Below are positions 1 through 13,864 of a stretch of 64,000 nt of DNA, one piece after another. The notes under the pieces were generated by a model. It saw only the letters and a list, made by a program, of their open reading frames with translations, was not told where the DNA came from and did no database searches. The DNA lies in contig NC_057719.1 of assembly GCF_004010195.1 (NCBI RefSeq), positions 4,116,897-4,180,896 of the forward strand. Direction: 5' to 3'. A program made the position numbers and the translations under genes. Source of the DNA: Chiloscyllium plagiosum (lineage: Eukaryota). Position 1 is the stretch's first letter, and every line of letters begins with the position of its first letter.

Positions 1-512
1 GGGGAATCTACATCAATATGTTTGTTCCACAACAAGCAAAACAAATATCTTTTGCAAAATACCTTGCAGAAACTGTAACAACACTACATTGGACAAACAG
101 GCAGAAAACTAGCCACAAAAAGGCACGACCCACTCTTACTAGTATCTTTACGTAAGATGAGGAAGGACACCACTTCAACTAGGAGAAACCAAACAGACAC
201 GCAGAAGAATACCTAGAAGCATGGCATTCCAACCTGAACTCTCATCAACAAACGCCTTGACTTGGATCCCATTTACAGCCCCCTGAGAAAAAGAACAGGA
301 AATGAAATCACCACAGGAAATGGTGTCACCAATCCAAGGAAACCCAAAAACACAAATAGAAAGTGGACCGTACCACCAGTGCTTCATCTGAAGGCTCATT
401 GATAATGTTACCTATTATGATGCAGAAACGTCTGAAACTGAACCTTCCAGCTCAGTGAGCAAACTTACAGCCAAAGCCTCAATCTGAACTACAAATATTC
501 TCAAAACTCGCA
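1..512 (+). mobile_element. Degenerate Penelope-like element 3' fragment (GIY-YIG endonuclease remnant plus decayed hammerhead)
   Basis: From 82: HYIGQTGRKLAT..KRHD; ~207: EYLEAWHS; same motifs as the 18155 copy. Relic core ttgataa..gaaacgtc at ~399-433. Confidence 0.75.
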
Positions 513-2914
513 AATAGCTTGAAATAAAAATAAAATTGGTGGTGAGTAGTGCGGGGTTTGTGCTTGTTCCCTCGCTTCTGCATCCCTGCATCTTGACTCA
601 GATGCTGATAGGAGTTGCCTGTATTATTCTTGGAGCAAAGAAGCATGAGAGCAAATTTAATGGAGGTGTTTAAAAACTAAGATGTGTTGCATTGCACAGA
701 GAAACCTGTGCTGACAGGTTGGCCCTGAGCCAGCAAAACAAAAGATCATTTGCAAATAAAAATGTTTTTTTTTCAATGCATTATGAATTAAAATAGTGTT
801 TAAAAGGGTGATGGAAGTCAGGTCAGCAATACCTTTCAAAAGGACTAATTAGATGGCTATGATGATTGAGCTAATACTCTTTAAAATAACTAATGTTGGT
901 ATGATGGGCTGAATAGTCTCCTTCCATGCTGCATCCTTTTGTTTACAAACTATATCTCTATTGCAGAGATTAAAGTAGAAAAATTCAATTTATTTTTCAG
1001 TACTAAAAATAATGTTCACACATGCAGTATTTAGTTATAAGGGGATGGCAGTGTACCACGGGCTAATTTTTCCAGTAGCGGCAGTGTCCTGTGTATTGTG
1101 AAATAATACCTTTTGAAACCAAACCTCAATAACTATGGTTGTCTTGTGTGAAATATACAAATCTCTGGGATAATAGCTTTGTAACACTCAACACACACTG
1201 TTTTAATAGGTATGCTTTATTTAAGAATAACAAAACTATTACTTTCTGGCAGTCCAAATTTGAACAACCTTTAGATTACTTCATTTGGTGTACTGGCTCA
1301 TATTTGAAATTTGGGATACTGTAGTTTTGCCTGGGAAATCACTTGTGATAGATTATGCATAAAAACATTGAGATCATTGTGATGAAGTGGTAGGGAAGGA
1401 CCAGAGGTGTGGGATAACATTTCTGGACTGGTTGATTGGAAAACTCCAAACAGTGGCCTGTTGTGGTGGTGCAGTAGTAGTGTCCATACTGAGCCAAGAA
1501 ACTTGGATTCAAGTCTCACCTGTTCCAGAAGTAGGTCATAAAGCTGAGCAGGCCAATTAGAAAATATATACTATGTGAAAAGATCAGAATACTCCATTAT
1601 CTTGGAAGATATGTGTACACTAATTGTTTCCAGCTACTTGTACTCCAACTTGAGCAACTGGGGTTAGTCATTCCACACTGGATAAGAGTTGAAGCTGAGA
1701 TATCTTAGACAGTAGAAAGAGACGGGAAGTACAAGGCACTTCAGGCGAATGCTCTTTGCAAACAAAGTTGGAGGGCAGGGGGAAACAGATATTAAGGTCC
1801 CATGGTCTGACTTTTAGGAGCTAAGGAGGAAGTTAAAACTTGAGGCTTTGAAGTTAGTAATCTCCCTTGATGCCATGCACTAGAGAACCCCACCGCCTTC
1901 AGTACCCCCTCCAGATCATGCATCACGATAGCACTGTTCCTTTTTTGTCACTGGCCAAAATTCTCCATTCTTAAGAGCACCAAGAGTGTTCCTGTAGTTC
2001 ATGTAAGTCGCTCATCGCTACCATTTGTAAGGCAGTTTGGGATGAGCAATGCATACAACCCTTGAAGCAAAGAACCCTTGAAGTCCCATAAGTAAATTTT
2101 TAAAAAAGGAAGACTACGTTACTGTGTTGCTTGTGTAGCAAGACACTGATCTCAAAAGGAAATGGGATGCATGCTTGAGGGGGGAGCAAACTCATCTAGC
2201 TTGTCAGGGTGCAGTAACTTTATAGCTATAAATATTTTGTGTAACATTCTATGCGAGACATTTACATGGGCATTAATGTCAATCTGTAATTTAGTACTAC
2301 AGCAAATGTTTTACTTGTTGGCACCTATGGGACGAGGAGTGTATCGGTTGATCAAAAGGGCCACATGCTCAGTGTAAAAATGCACACTAATAGAAGCATA
2401 ATGCAGAGGGTATACACATCACTATTATAGTTTGTTAAAGCATGAGTAATAACTTAAATAAAACTTAACTGCTGAGATCCTTCTCATCCTCCACTAACTC
2501 CTCTGAGATCACAATAATACAATAATCTTCTGGTATTTCAGATATATAGTCTTTGCCAGTTTATCAGTAGCACTGGTTTGTTAGATGCGAGTTAAAACAA
2601 AATTTGCTGTATTTTAATATCTGTTTTAAGGCACTCTAAGTTGATGCACAAGTGGCATTGTACAATATATCTTAATCCTCTCTGTGAAGGAGAACCTTCA
2701 TTTAACTAATTTTAACAATTTTCTACTTTGCTCCATCTCCTATACTGGTGCCAGTTGAGTACATTGGAGGTCCATGTGGTAGAACTTGGAATACCAAATG
2801 AATTAAGAGATTTAGGTATAGTGTAGAAGATTGGATATTAGCTTATTGAATGGTGAAACAGGTTCAAAGAGTCAAATTCTAGCAATACATGGTTGTGTAG
2901 AAAGTTTCCATTAT

Positions 2915-3131
2915 GAAAGTAAGATACTGCAGATGCTAGGAATCTGAAACGAACATACAAAATGCTGGAGAAACTCAGCAGGTCGGATAGCATTATTGGA
3001 GAGAGAAATTAGTTAAAGTTTGAAGTCTGATAAGACATTGTAAGTTGTACTAAATTCCAAACATTAACTCAGCATCTGTGAAGAGAGCAATAATCAGACC
3101 TGCTGAGTTTCTCCAGCATTTTTGTTTTTTC
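2915..3131. mobile_element. Fold-back PLE-derived short insertion (family C)
   Basis: Inverted arms aaatgctggagaaactcagcaggtc / gacctgctgagtttctccagcattt; 13-bp TSD aagtttccattat at 2902-2914 and 3132-3144. Confidence 0.75.
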
Positions 3132-3473
3132 AAGTTTCCATTATAAATGGAATTGTTGAATTTTGCTTTTTGAGACAAATTACATTCTCGCCTCATGTCC
3201 ATTCAGGAACTTTGCCTAAGCATATTTTATATAGAACTCCTGTAATCAGCAACAGCAGCCAACCTTTCGCCATTTGCTCTGTCTTGGAGGCTGCTTCACT
3301 CAGTAACCTGAGATAATCTTGTTAAAAGGGTTGTAGTACTGAACTTAATTTTTGTTATTTCCTTTTGATTATTTCCAGTTTGTGTAGGATGATGATGATC
3401 CCGAGGATTAAATAGAATAAAAGTGTCTTGTATAAGATTCCTAATATACATACAACTTGTGTTTTTCTGAAAG

Positions 3474-3606
3474 ATACTGTGCCAGGTTACCAAGCGACCC
3501 ATTCACACACTTGGCCCCAAAATGTAAAACGCAGGAACTCTCGGATTGTACTTTTCAGTCAACTCTCTACCTTCCAATTAACTCACCTCTTCGTGTCCCA
3601 GTAACT
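3474..3606 (+). CDS. DICER1: DICER1 coding exon (approx. human exon 12), DUF283 dsRBD-like domain
   Basis: tctgaaag|A TAC TGT...: (R)[44 protein letters not shown]|gtgagt; 133 nt; matches vertebrate Dicer [17 protein letters not shown]. Confidence 0.97.
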
Positions 3607-4449
3607 GTGAGTAAGCATTTCATTTTTGATATTAATATTTTTATCTCTCTCCTACATATGTTCATGTTTTCAAGAATTCATTTTCTATCCATTTCTAAAT
3701 GTGACTTGGATCAGATTGACAATCCAGGTATTTCTCAAAACTGGCTTATGCTGGTTTTATAAAGAAGTAGCAGTCCTCCACCATCTCCTTTCTGAAAGGT
3801 GTAGGGCTTCATTCTCGTGGTGTTGTAGAGAATAGGATATAATTTTGGGACTTGTTCATCACCTTCAGACATCCCAAACACAACCTCATGACTCAACAGA
3901 GAATGCAGGAAATTCGTTAAGAAAAGACAAATTCCCATGTGTCTTTCCTCTTGAGATGTTGATCTGGTGTTTAGTTTCAGCATTTTGTTTTCATTACAAT
4001 GAGAGCAGCTTGCGTTTATTCTGCCTTTCACATCTGTGATGTAGGAAATGTTGCAAAATACCAGAGTCGTAAGATAAAAGTTTAGACAATAGTGATATGT
4101 ATTGAGGGATAAAGATTGTCTAGAACATCTGGCAGAATAACTCTGCTTTTCAAATGTGTTATGCCCAATTAAGAAGGTATGCAGACCATTAGATTAGTAT
4201 TTCACCCAAAGAATGATACCTGTGAAAGTGCAGCACTGCTCGAGTCTCTGGAATGGAACATGAACCCACGAACATCTGATTCAGAGATGAGGAATACCAC
4301 TGCTACTTAAATATTTGTATTCTTTTGACTCTTGCAACCCACAGCATATTGATGAAATTGCACCCGTTAATTCAGATTGCCCAAGATAATGTATTACTTT
4401 AGGTCTTAGCTACAAATCTGTTGAGGGTTTTTTTTTGTTTTATACCTAG

Positions 4450-4525
4450 GGTCCTCCAATGCCTTGTACAAGATTGGCTGAGAAAGCAGCAGCCCTTCTT
4501 TGTTGTGAAAGACTGCACAAAATAG
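4450..4525 (+). CDS. DICER1: DICER1 coding exon (approx. exon 13), DUF283
   Basis: cctag|GPPMPCTRLAEKAAALLCCERLHKI(G)|gtaagg; 76 nt; phase fits both neighbours. Confidence 0.96.
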
Positions 4526-4584
4526 GTAAGGGATGAACAAATGCATGTTCTTTAGTCTTCCATCCCCTAAAGATTGTGGTATGA

Positions 4585-4791
<207 letters not shown>

Positions 4792-6054
4792 TAAAAGCAC
4801 ATGCATTTGAGCAGGCAATGTTGTCCTAAGGCTGTACTGCTCTTCAGCTTGTCATTGGAAGGCAGCCACAACATGGCGGGTGATTAATTTTCTAAAGAAA
4901 TGGTAGAAATGTTTAGCAACAGATGCCTTGACTTCTTCTGCCAGATGGAATGCAAAATGCCACCTGAAGCCTGTGACGTGTGAGAAGACCGCCACCTGCA
5001 AGTTATCTTTCAAGCTCTGTACCACCTTCACTTGGAAGTTATCATCATCCCTCCAGCACTACTGGATTAAAAACTTGGAATTTCATCCCTAACAGCCTTG
5101 TTGGTGTACCTACATTAAATGGGCTGTAGCAGTTCAAGAAGCAAGCTCACCACCAACAGCAACTTGGGATAAGCAATAAATGCTGGCCCAGTCAGGGAAG
5201 CCCACGTCCCCTGAATTTTGAGAGAAGAATGACCTACATTGCAGCCTAACTGGCATTGCCTTTATGCCACGCAACCTCTTGGAGGTCCTGTGCACACCAA
5301 TCGGCATACCGACTCATTGGCACGTGGACCTGATGTCTGCACAGCAGAAAACACAAATTAGGAAGGAGTGTACCTCCACCGTTGCCGTTTTGGAACCACG
5401 TACCTGCGGGTACTCTAGGAATCCAGATTCAGTGCTCATTATAAACTTTGTCTTTTTGCTTTATAAAGATTTTCATTCTCCTGGCTTAGTGCTCCCACAG
5501 GAATAATGAGGAGCAGACTATTTTGGATATTGAACCTGGCCACCACTTATGTCCACTGTTTCTCTGATTACTACTACCCTCCAATGTATATTTTAGTTAT
5601 GAAAGTCAGACTGTACGCATTATGATTTAACAAAATCAGTGTCCCTACCTGACATAGATCGCAGGTCTTTGCATCTTGTGATGAATAAAGTTTCTTTAAG
5701 AATCCATGCTGAAGGCTTAGTGGTCACACAAGGCACAACCTTAGGAATAAATTACAACTTTCTAAACATGGCTGCACAGTACCAGCTATGTAGGCAGGGT
5801 AGATGTTTAAATCAAATGTTAAATTTCCACATTTCATATTGGAGACTTAAAATGAACATCGGTGTTCTGGAACTTCCTGATAGCATTGAGGATACATTTA
5901 CCTCTACCATCCCCTGTTAAGTGTCGACAAACTGTTATCTTTGTAGCAGAAATTAGAACAGTTATTACTATAAATTATGAATCTGTGTTATGTGACTTTA
6001 AATAGCTTGGTCTGTTCCTCCTCCCACCTCTTATACAACTATCTGTTTGCATAG

Positions 6055-6258
<204 letters not shown>

Positions 6259-6506
6259 TAGCAGTTTGGTTGTGTTATAGGCAGATGGTAAATCATTTTG
6301 GTTTTCTTTGTCGATAATAATCCATTTTTCTCAGGTTAACTAACTACTCTGACATATGTTGGTCATGAAAATACGCAGATGTCATTTAGAGGCACAAAGG
6401 TTCTGATATTAAGATCGGGTTTTTGTGGGTTACTCCTTCCTTTAACACTCCATAATTATGTTGGTGTGATTAGAAATTCTGCAACATGGCAGCCTGATTT
6501 ATTCTA

Positions 6507-6646
6507 GGTTAAAAATCACACAACAGGTTATAGTCCAACAGGTTTAATTGGAAGCACACTAGCTTTCGGAGCGACGCTTCTTCATCAGGTGATTGTGTGA
6601 TTTTTAACTTTGTACACCCCAGTCCAACACCGGCACCTCCGAATCA
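6507..6646. mobile_element. Fold-back PLE-derived short insertion (family D) with hammerhead
   Basis: Arms gttaaaaatcacacaa / ttgtgtgatttttaac; 12-bp TSD tgatttattcta at 6495-6506 and 6647-6658. Confidence 0.8.
6557..6591 (-). ncRNA. Minimal type I hammerhead ribozyme motif
   Basis: Reverse complement CAC-CUGAUGA-A-GAAGC gtc GCUCC-GAAA-GC-UA-GUG: intact core, helix I CAC/GUG, helix II with one mismatch, palindromic AGCU helix III. Confidence 0.75.
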
Positions 6647-7707
6647 TGATTTATTCTATTTAGCTTTATCGAATGCTGGATAATCGAGGTTTCCCTGTAA
6701 TGATGTGATCATCCAAATTTGATAGATTGAGAAGGACAAGGAGGGATAATTATCTTTCGCATTGTCATATAGGACATTGTGATTTTGGTAAAAGATATTT
6801 CAATGCTGAGGCAGCAGTGGAAACTCAATTGGAAGGATTCTGACACGGAGTGACAGGCTCAGATTTGGGAAGTGATAGGAAATTCAAGGACCTTGGGAGG
6901 AAAGAGAGATTGAAGGTGGGGCAATAATTTGCAAGGACAGAGAGGTTAGGTATTTGACCAAGTACACTCTAAGGAAGGAGACAGAAGTCAAATTGAAACA
7001 GAACCCCAAAATGGAGGATTTTGGGAATTGGGAGTAAACACCCAAATTGTCTGCTACAGCAAATGCATTATGTTTCAATCAGATCATAATGAAGCATTTC
7101 ACAACAATTACTCCCAAATCAAACATATTATAAACTATCTACACTGGAACAGAATAAGCTAATTTGACTTTTTTAAAAGAACTTTATTGTATTTAATAAA
7201 AAGCACTAAATTTGTCTCGGAAACTTCTTTTGCAATTAATTCTTTCTTCCAACAAGAAATGTGAGCAAATGTTTGCAGAACTGCCCTGCCTGTAAACCAA
7301 TGAAAAATCAAAATGTCAAAGTTTTCATCCTTACTTTCAAATTCCTGCAGAACTTTATCTCTGTAGCATGTAAACTTTGATCTCTATGCTCTTTCATTTT
7401 GTAGGCATCCTTTATTTTGTTTGTTTTAACATTCATGTCTTCATCTCTGAAGTTCCTTAACATCCCTTCTCCTTTAAGGCATACCTTAAATGTCGACTGT
7501 CCCTAATTTGGCTAAGTGTCAAAGGTATTTCATCACACTGTTGTGAAGTGCCTCTTAATGTTTGATTAGGTAAAGATATTTGAAAGTTGCAATTGAGGTA
7601 TCTACACTACGTTCCTCCCAGATTTGAAATACAATTTGGCACCCATGATTTGTGCAGCTCACTTCCAAATTTGGCAGTACTTCTCCATTGGCAAGTACCT
7701 TTTCAAA

Positions 7708-7900
7708 CGCAGAGAATGGCAAGGACATGGAATGCCCTACCTGCTGATGTAGTCAACTCAGCCACATTAGGGAGATTTAAACAATCCGTGGATAAGCACA
7801 TGGATGATTTTGGAATAGTGTAGGGAGACGAGCTGAGACTAGTGCACAGGTCAGTGCAACGTCAAGGGCCAAAGGCTGTGCTGTATTGTTCTATGTTCTA
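7708..7900 (+). mobile_element. CR1-type LINE 3' end fragment
   Basis: QRMARTWNALPADVVNSATLGRFKQSVDKHM C-terminus and ttctatgttcta tail; same family as the 25138 copy. Confidence 0.8.
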
Positions 7901-8036
7901 AACAGGTTTATGAAGGAAAAATAACCCTGCAGTTTGAATATCTGTGTAAGCATCATGAGATATGCATAAGTAATTCACACTAATCATGCAGGATATTATG
8001 ATTTTAACCCAACAAAACTGATTTTCCCCTCGGCAG

Positions 8037-8250
8037 ATTCCTCATTTTCCAGTATATACTCGCTCTGGTGAGGTTACCATATCTATTGAACTACGTAAAT
8101 CAGACTTCACATTGAGTACAAAGCAGCTGGAGCTGATCACTAGGCTACATCAGTATATCTTCTCTCACATTCTTCGTCTGGAGAAACCTGCACTAGAATT
8201 CAAGCCTACAGAAGCTGATGCAGCCTACTGTGTTCTACCTCTTGATAAAG
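8037..8250 (+). CDS. DICER1: DICER1 coding exon (approx. exon 16), platform domain
   Basis: ggcag|[71 protein letters not shown](V)|gtaaac; 214 nt. Confidence 0.97.
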
Positions 8251-9067
8251 GTAAACTGTTAGTAATATTCGTGGCTTATAGAAACGTGAGTTTCTGACAT
8301 GTAGTGTTGCACAATTAGACTATGTGTGCTTCTGTCTTTCCATAGCTAGTTTTCGTAGTACGCATTGCCGGCAGATCAGCAGAGGCTGTGGCTAGAGAGG
8401 TACCATTCCACATCAAGCATGGATGAATGGGAAAGTCTCTACAGGCTGTGGTAGACATTTGACCTAACAGGCTATATTATGGATAAGTTTTCTGTGATTG
8501 AGTGAAAAGTGAAGCTGGAGTTTCTCAGACAGGGGCATTAGCAACTGCCACAAGACTCCTTCACTGGCTTAATAGAGCTTAATGTTGGACCTGTGCATAT
8601 AAAACTCTTGTTGCATGGGAATATTTTTAAATAGGGTTTCAGTCGAATGTAATTCAGGGCTGGGAAGTTCTCATTCAACGTCTGAAACGCTGGTCTGGGA
8701 ATCATAAGGCACTGAATTAAATACCACACAAAGAAGTTGTTGCACAACAAGAGTTGATAGATTGCAAGACAGTCATAAAGCTGGCCATAGCTGGAGCGCC
8801 ATTGACCACCTTTCTGACAGGTGTAGATTGTCAAAAACGCCAAAACTGGTGTGCCAGGGTCAATTTGCTCAGATGCAGGCTATACAAATGTGTGGTCTGA
8901 AAGTATAACCCTAACTACTCACTAAGTTGTAAGCACCAAAAAAGTGTTAGACATGTTTTAGCACTAGGTTCTCTCTACTAGATTCCACTTTGTATTCATG
9001 AATATGTTAGTTGAACAGTCTTAATTATTGCTAAATAAACAAATTTATAAAATATTTCCTTTCATAG

Positions 9068-9221
9068 TTGATGGTTCCAGCCACTTGGATATCGACTTCA
9101 CCTTTATGGAAGATATAGAAAGGTCAGAAGCACGCACGGGCATTCCCAACACACAATATACTAAAGAGAAACCCTTCATGTTTAATCTGGAAGATTACCA
9201 GGATGCAGTTATCATTCCAAG
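9068..9221 (+). CDS. DICER1: DICER1 coding exon (approx. exon 17), platform/PAZ start
   Basis: catag|(V)[50 protein letters not shown](R)|gtagga; 154 nt. Confidence 0.97.
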
Positions 9222-9667
9222 GTAGGAAAACAGTTCCTTTGCTTTAATCCATCATTATTTACTCCGTGTACTTGTGCTTTCCTTTATTTTTAACATTAAC
9301 ATTTTAACATAGTTGTTGGCAGGCAGATGGCTTTTGTCACCCACAGTTGCACAAACCGATCAGCTATTTGTTGGTGGCAGAATCTGGCGCCGACTTGTCT
9401 GCATTCAGCTTCCCCCACTAGTTGAACAAAGCAACAGTGTAAATGTCACTTGCAATGGGTTTCTGGTCACTTGTAAAAGTACGGCAATCCCTTCCACAAT
9501 CACATTTTTCTCATTTCAGTCCACAATCAAAAATACAGAAACATGAAATGATTCACTTCCATGTTCCAACCTGTCACTGCAAATTAATTCCCATGTATCA
9601 TTTGGTTGAAGGGAAAAAAATCTTGTTGTGCATCTGCTAATTTGGCAGTAGATAAACAAGATTTTCT

Positions 9668-9990
9668 TTTCATTCATTCACGGGACGAAGGCATCGATTG
9701 CTATACCAGCATTTATTGCCCATCCCTAATTGCCCAGAGGGCAGGTAAGAGTCAACCACATTGCTGTGGGTCTGGAGTCACATGTAGGCTAGACCAGGTA
9801 AGGATCGTAGTTTCCTTCCGTATCCAGGTGGTTCTTCAGGCAATCGACACAGGTTTTGTGGCCATCGTAAGACTCCTAATCCCAGATTTTTATTGAGTTC
9901 AAATTCCACTATCTGTCATGGCAGTTTCATACCCAGGTACCCAGAACATTATCTGGGTTTCTGGATTAACAGTAGCGATAATACCGGTAG
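9668..9990 (-). mobile_element. tRNA-derived SINE sharing its 3' tail with CR1-group LINE family 2
   Basis: Reverse-complement tail gggatgggcaataaatgctgg...tgaatgaa matches the LINE end at ~31035-31100; decayed tRNA-like head near 9920-9990; related copies near 21596-22240, 24100-24260 and 24680-24920. Confidence 0.65.
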
Positions 9991-9993
9991 GCA

Positions 9994-10119
9994 CTGATGA
10001 AGGGCATTTGCCCGAAACATCGATTTTGCTGCTCGTCGGATGCTGCCTGAATTGCAGTGCTCCTCCAGCACCATTGATCCAGAATCTGGTTTCCAGCATC
10101 TGCAGTCATTGTTTTTACT
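9994..10119 (+). mobile_element. PLE 3'-end short insertion (family B) starting at a hammerhead core
   Basis: CTGATGA-A-GGGC attt GCCC-GAAA-CATC, then ...tccagcatctgcagtc; helix III CG mutated to CA. Confidence 0.75.
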
Positions 10120-10625
10120 CCATAGATTACCTGCTGCCTGGTTGTTTTGATTTATGAAGGTAGCTTAACGACACACAGACTTTACAATCTTGCTTTTGTT
10201 AGTAAGTACATGAGAAGTTAATATTCTGAATGACTTCAGCGCGTCTTCCAAAAGCAGTACCATATTAATTTTGGCACAGACCTGTGGTGTCAAATTGTAT
10301 TCCCAATGCCTAGGATGCTAGGTGATGGGGTTTTAATAACTAGGAGTTCCCTTACTAGTCAGTCAGTGTTCAATAACTTTACAATTTGAATGACTGGCTA
10401 GCTTATTAAAAGTCAGCAACATGGATATCATCTTCTCATTAAGCAACATTGGCTCATTTTGTTGACCTCACTACCTACTACCTTCTTTATTCTGTGAAAC
10501 TGAGTGTAATATGTTGAATTTGTTCCTGAATTTTTAAAATCTATTTGCATTTTTATTACTTCACCGTTGGTAATACTGCCTTCAGTTTCACGTATCCCTC
10601 GCCCCCACGCTTGTGTGCTTTGTGT

Positions 10626-11240
10626 GTTGATATCATGGCTTTAAGATGTGTATTTTGTCCTTTTGTTTTTAGGAAGAGAGGTTTTAAGCCATAGGTGCCA
10701 AGCTATCTCGTCCAAGTCAATAGACAGCTTGAGATTTTGTTTTTTTTGTTAAAAGGTGGGACAATAGAAGCAGGATGAATGTGTAGAGTCAGGCTCCCAC
10801 AGAGCTAGCATTTTAGTTTAGCTTTCAGTAGTTGAGGGGTTTTGAAACTGGTTATGAAAGCTGCTACATCTTCACTCTTCACTACAGCTACAAGCTTGAG
10901 TTCTCTCTGCTGCCAGAATCACATGTGAGACAATCTGTTTTACTGAATTTGTCTTTGCTAAAGGTGTGTTAATGGGATGTTACTACATAAGAGCATTTAC
11001 TGTTTAGTCATTAAATAATCTGTTCTATTAAGTTTTCTAATAGAAAGTTATACCAATTCTTCTGTTTTTTATATCTAAACTAGGATAAGGGTAATGTGTG
11101 TTTTGCTTAACCTGGAGTGGTGTAACCAGTCAAATTACATCTGGAACATAGCACTGTATGCTTGCTTTTAAATAAGATAAAAGTTAGGGTGTAGGCTATC
11201 TCCTTGATATATTTGAAAAGAATTTGGTCTCGTCCATAAT
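10626..11240. mobile_element. Possible solo LTR
   Basis: ~615-bp non-coding block interrupting an older L2-like tail; starts tgttgatatcatgg and ends gtccataata (TG...CA-like but decayed). Confidence 0.4.
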
Positions 11241-12061
11241 AAATCTCTCTGATCCTTTAAGGTGACCATTATAACCTACCTTTTTGACCAGGCCTTAGGT
11301 CAGCTGTCATAATATCCCTTGTGTCTTGATCTCGTACTTGTTTTTATAACACTCCTGTGAAGCTCTTTGGGATATCTTACTGTCTCAAATATGTGTTGGG
11401 ATGTGAGCTTAATACTAAATCTCAAAGAAAATTCTATTGGCATACAGGCAGAAACAACAATCACCTAATTTAGAATGTGAAGTCTTTATTAAACAATAAT
11501 GATTAATACTTAGCATTCCTTCAGTGGAGTGTGGCAGAATGCGCAATCTCATTCTCTCTTGCGCTTGCTCGCACTCTTTCTTTGACATTCCTAATAACAT
11601 TCCTAATAGGTGGCTCCCAGCAAGTGTTCTCTACCAAAATCTTAGTAATGTACCTTTTCTTGAGGGTATTTTCCTAACATTTTCTGTGCCAACAGAACTA
11701 ATAGCTCCTAATTAATATTTATCTTTTAATCAATATAGTTTTCCTGATCTCTTTCCCTTTTTTATTCATTTGTGGATTCTGGCATCGCTGGCTGGTCAGC
11801 ATTGATAGCCCTTTCCTGTTTGCCCTTGGGAAGGTGGTTGTGAGCTGCCTTCTTGAATTGCAGTGCACTTGCTGTGGGTTGACCCACAGTGCCAGTAAGG
11901 AGGAAATTCCAGGATTTTGATCCATTGACTGTGAAGGAACAGTTTAAATTCCCAAGTCAGGGTGGTGAGTGGCTTGGCGGGAAACTTGCAGGGGGTGGTG
12001 TTCCCAAGTAAGTTCTGCCTTTGTCCTTCTAGATGGAAGTGGTCGTGGGTTTGGAGGGTGC

Positions 12062-12321
12062 TTAGATTAGATTTACTTAGTGTGGAAACAGGCCCTTCAG
12101 CTCAACAAGTCCACACTGACCCTCTGAAGAGCAGCCCACCCTACATTCCCCTACATTTACCCCTTCATCTAACACTACGGGCAATTTAGCATGGCCAATT
12201 CACCTAACCTGCACATCTTTGGACTGTGGGAGGAAGACTCCACACAGGCAGTTGCCCGAGGTGGGAATTGAACCCGGGTCTCTGGGGCTGTGAGGCAGCA
12301 GTGATAGCCACTGTGCCGCCC
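12062..12321 (-). mobile_element. HE1-like V-SINE
   Basis: Reverse complement of gggcggcacagtgg...gggttcaattccc (tRNA A/B boxes), V-domain cacagtccaaagatgtgcaggttagg, (tctaa)n tail. Confidence 0.85.
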
Positions 12322-12659
12322 CACTTTTTCTATTAAAACGATAACAGCAAGGTGCTGTCTAAGGATCTTTGAAATTCTGCACTGCATCTTTTAGATATAC
12401 TGAGCACCAGTGGTAGAAGGATTGAATGTTTGTACATGTGGTGCCAGTCATCTGGATGGTGTCAAGTTTCTAGAGTTTTGTTGGAGCTGCACCCATCCAG
12501 GCAAATGGGGAGTGTTCCATCACACTCCTGGCTTGTGCCTTGTCGTTAATGGATAGAATTTGGTGTGTGAGGAAGTAAGTCACTTGCCGTAGTATCTGTA
12601 GTCTCTGAACTGTCTTGTAGCCACTGTGTTTTATGTGGTAAGTCCAGTTGAGTTTCTGG

Positions 12660-12780
12660 AAGAAAGTGAGGACTGCAGATGCTGGAGATCAGAGCTGAAA
12701 ATGTGTTGCTGGAAAAGCGCAGCCGGTCAGGCAGCATCCAAGGAGCAGGAGAATCGACGTTTTGGGCATAAGCCCTTCCT
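12660..12780 (-). mobile_element. PLE 3'-end short insertion (family B)
   Basis: 15-bp TSD cagttgagtttctgg at 12645-12659 and 12781-12795; reverse complement starts (ctg)aggaagggcttatgcccaaaacgtc, a hammerhead with G12>A. Confidence 0.85.
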
Positions 12781-13864
12781 CAGTTGAGTTTCTGGTCAAT
12801 GGTAACCCAAGAATGCTGACAATGGGGGATTCAGTGATGGTAATATCGTTGAATGTCAAGGGGCGGTGGTTAGAGTGTCTCTTATTAGTGATGGTCGTTG
12901 TCTGGCATCTGTGTGGTGCAAATGTTACTTGCCACTTGTTGGCTCAAGCCTGAATATTGTCCAGATCTTTGTTTATTTGAGTACGGACTGCTTCAGCATC
13001 TGAGGAGTTGCGAATGGTGCTGAATACTGTACAATCATCGGCGAACGTCCCCATTTCCGACCTTATGACAGAGAGAAAGTCATTGATGAAGCAGCTGAAG
13101 GTTGTTGTGCCTAGGACACTACCCTGAGGGGCACCTGCAGAGATGTCCTGGAGCTAAGATGACCCAACCACAACCATCGTCCTTTATGGCAGGTATGACT
13201 AACCAGTGGAGTGTTTGCCCTGATACACACTGGTTCCAGTTTTGCCAGGGCTCCTTAATGCTGTATTTGGTCAAATGCGGCCTTGATGACAAGAGTTGTC
13301 ACTCTCGCCTCACCTCTGGAATTCAGCTCTTTTGTCCATGTTTAAACCAAGGCTGGAATGAGGTCAGGAGTTGAGTGGCCCTGCTGGAACCCAAACTGGG
13401 TGTCACTGAGCAGGTGCTGCTTGATAGCACTGTTGATGACTCCTCCCATCACTTTTTACTGATGATTAAGTAGATTGGGTGGAATTTGGGCGGGTTGGAT
13501 TTGTCCTGCTTCTTGTGTACAGGACATATCTAGGCAATTTTCCACATTGTCGGGTAGATGCCAGTGTTGTAACTGGAAGAACTTGGCTAGGGGAACGGCA
13601 AGTTCTGGAGCGCACGTCTTCAGTACTATTGCCAAGATGTGATCAGGGCCCGTTGTCTTCGCAGTATCCAGTGCTTCCAGCTGTTTCTTGATATCATGTG
13701 GAGTGAATCGAATTGGCTGGAGACTGGTATCTGTGACGCTGGGGATCACTGGAGGAGCTTGAGATGGATCATCCACTCAACACTCCTGGCTGAAGACTCT
13801 TGCGAATGCATCAACCTTACCTTTCCCACAACAATCTGTTGCTTGGACAACTTCCCTTGAGCCA

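Larger units (their letters stand above)
11760..13820 (-). mobile_element. CR1-group LINE family 2, degenerate, interrupted by an HE1 SINE and a PLE insertion
   Basis: Minus-strand ORF LEALDTAKTTGPDHILAIVLKTCAPELAVPLAKFFQ; 3' tail at ~11760-11830. Confidence 0.85.

Noticed and set aside
1..3473. Search for the preceding DICER1 exon (..TINTAIGHINR)
   Set aside because: Not seen; presumably upstream of the window
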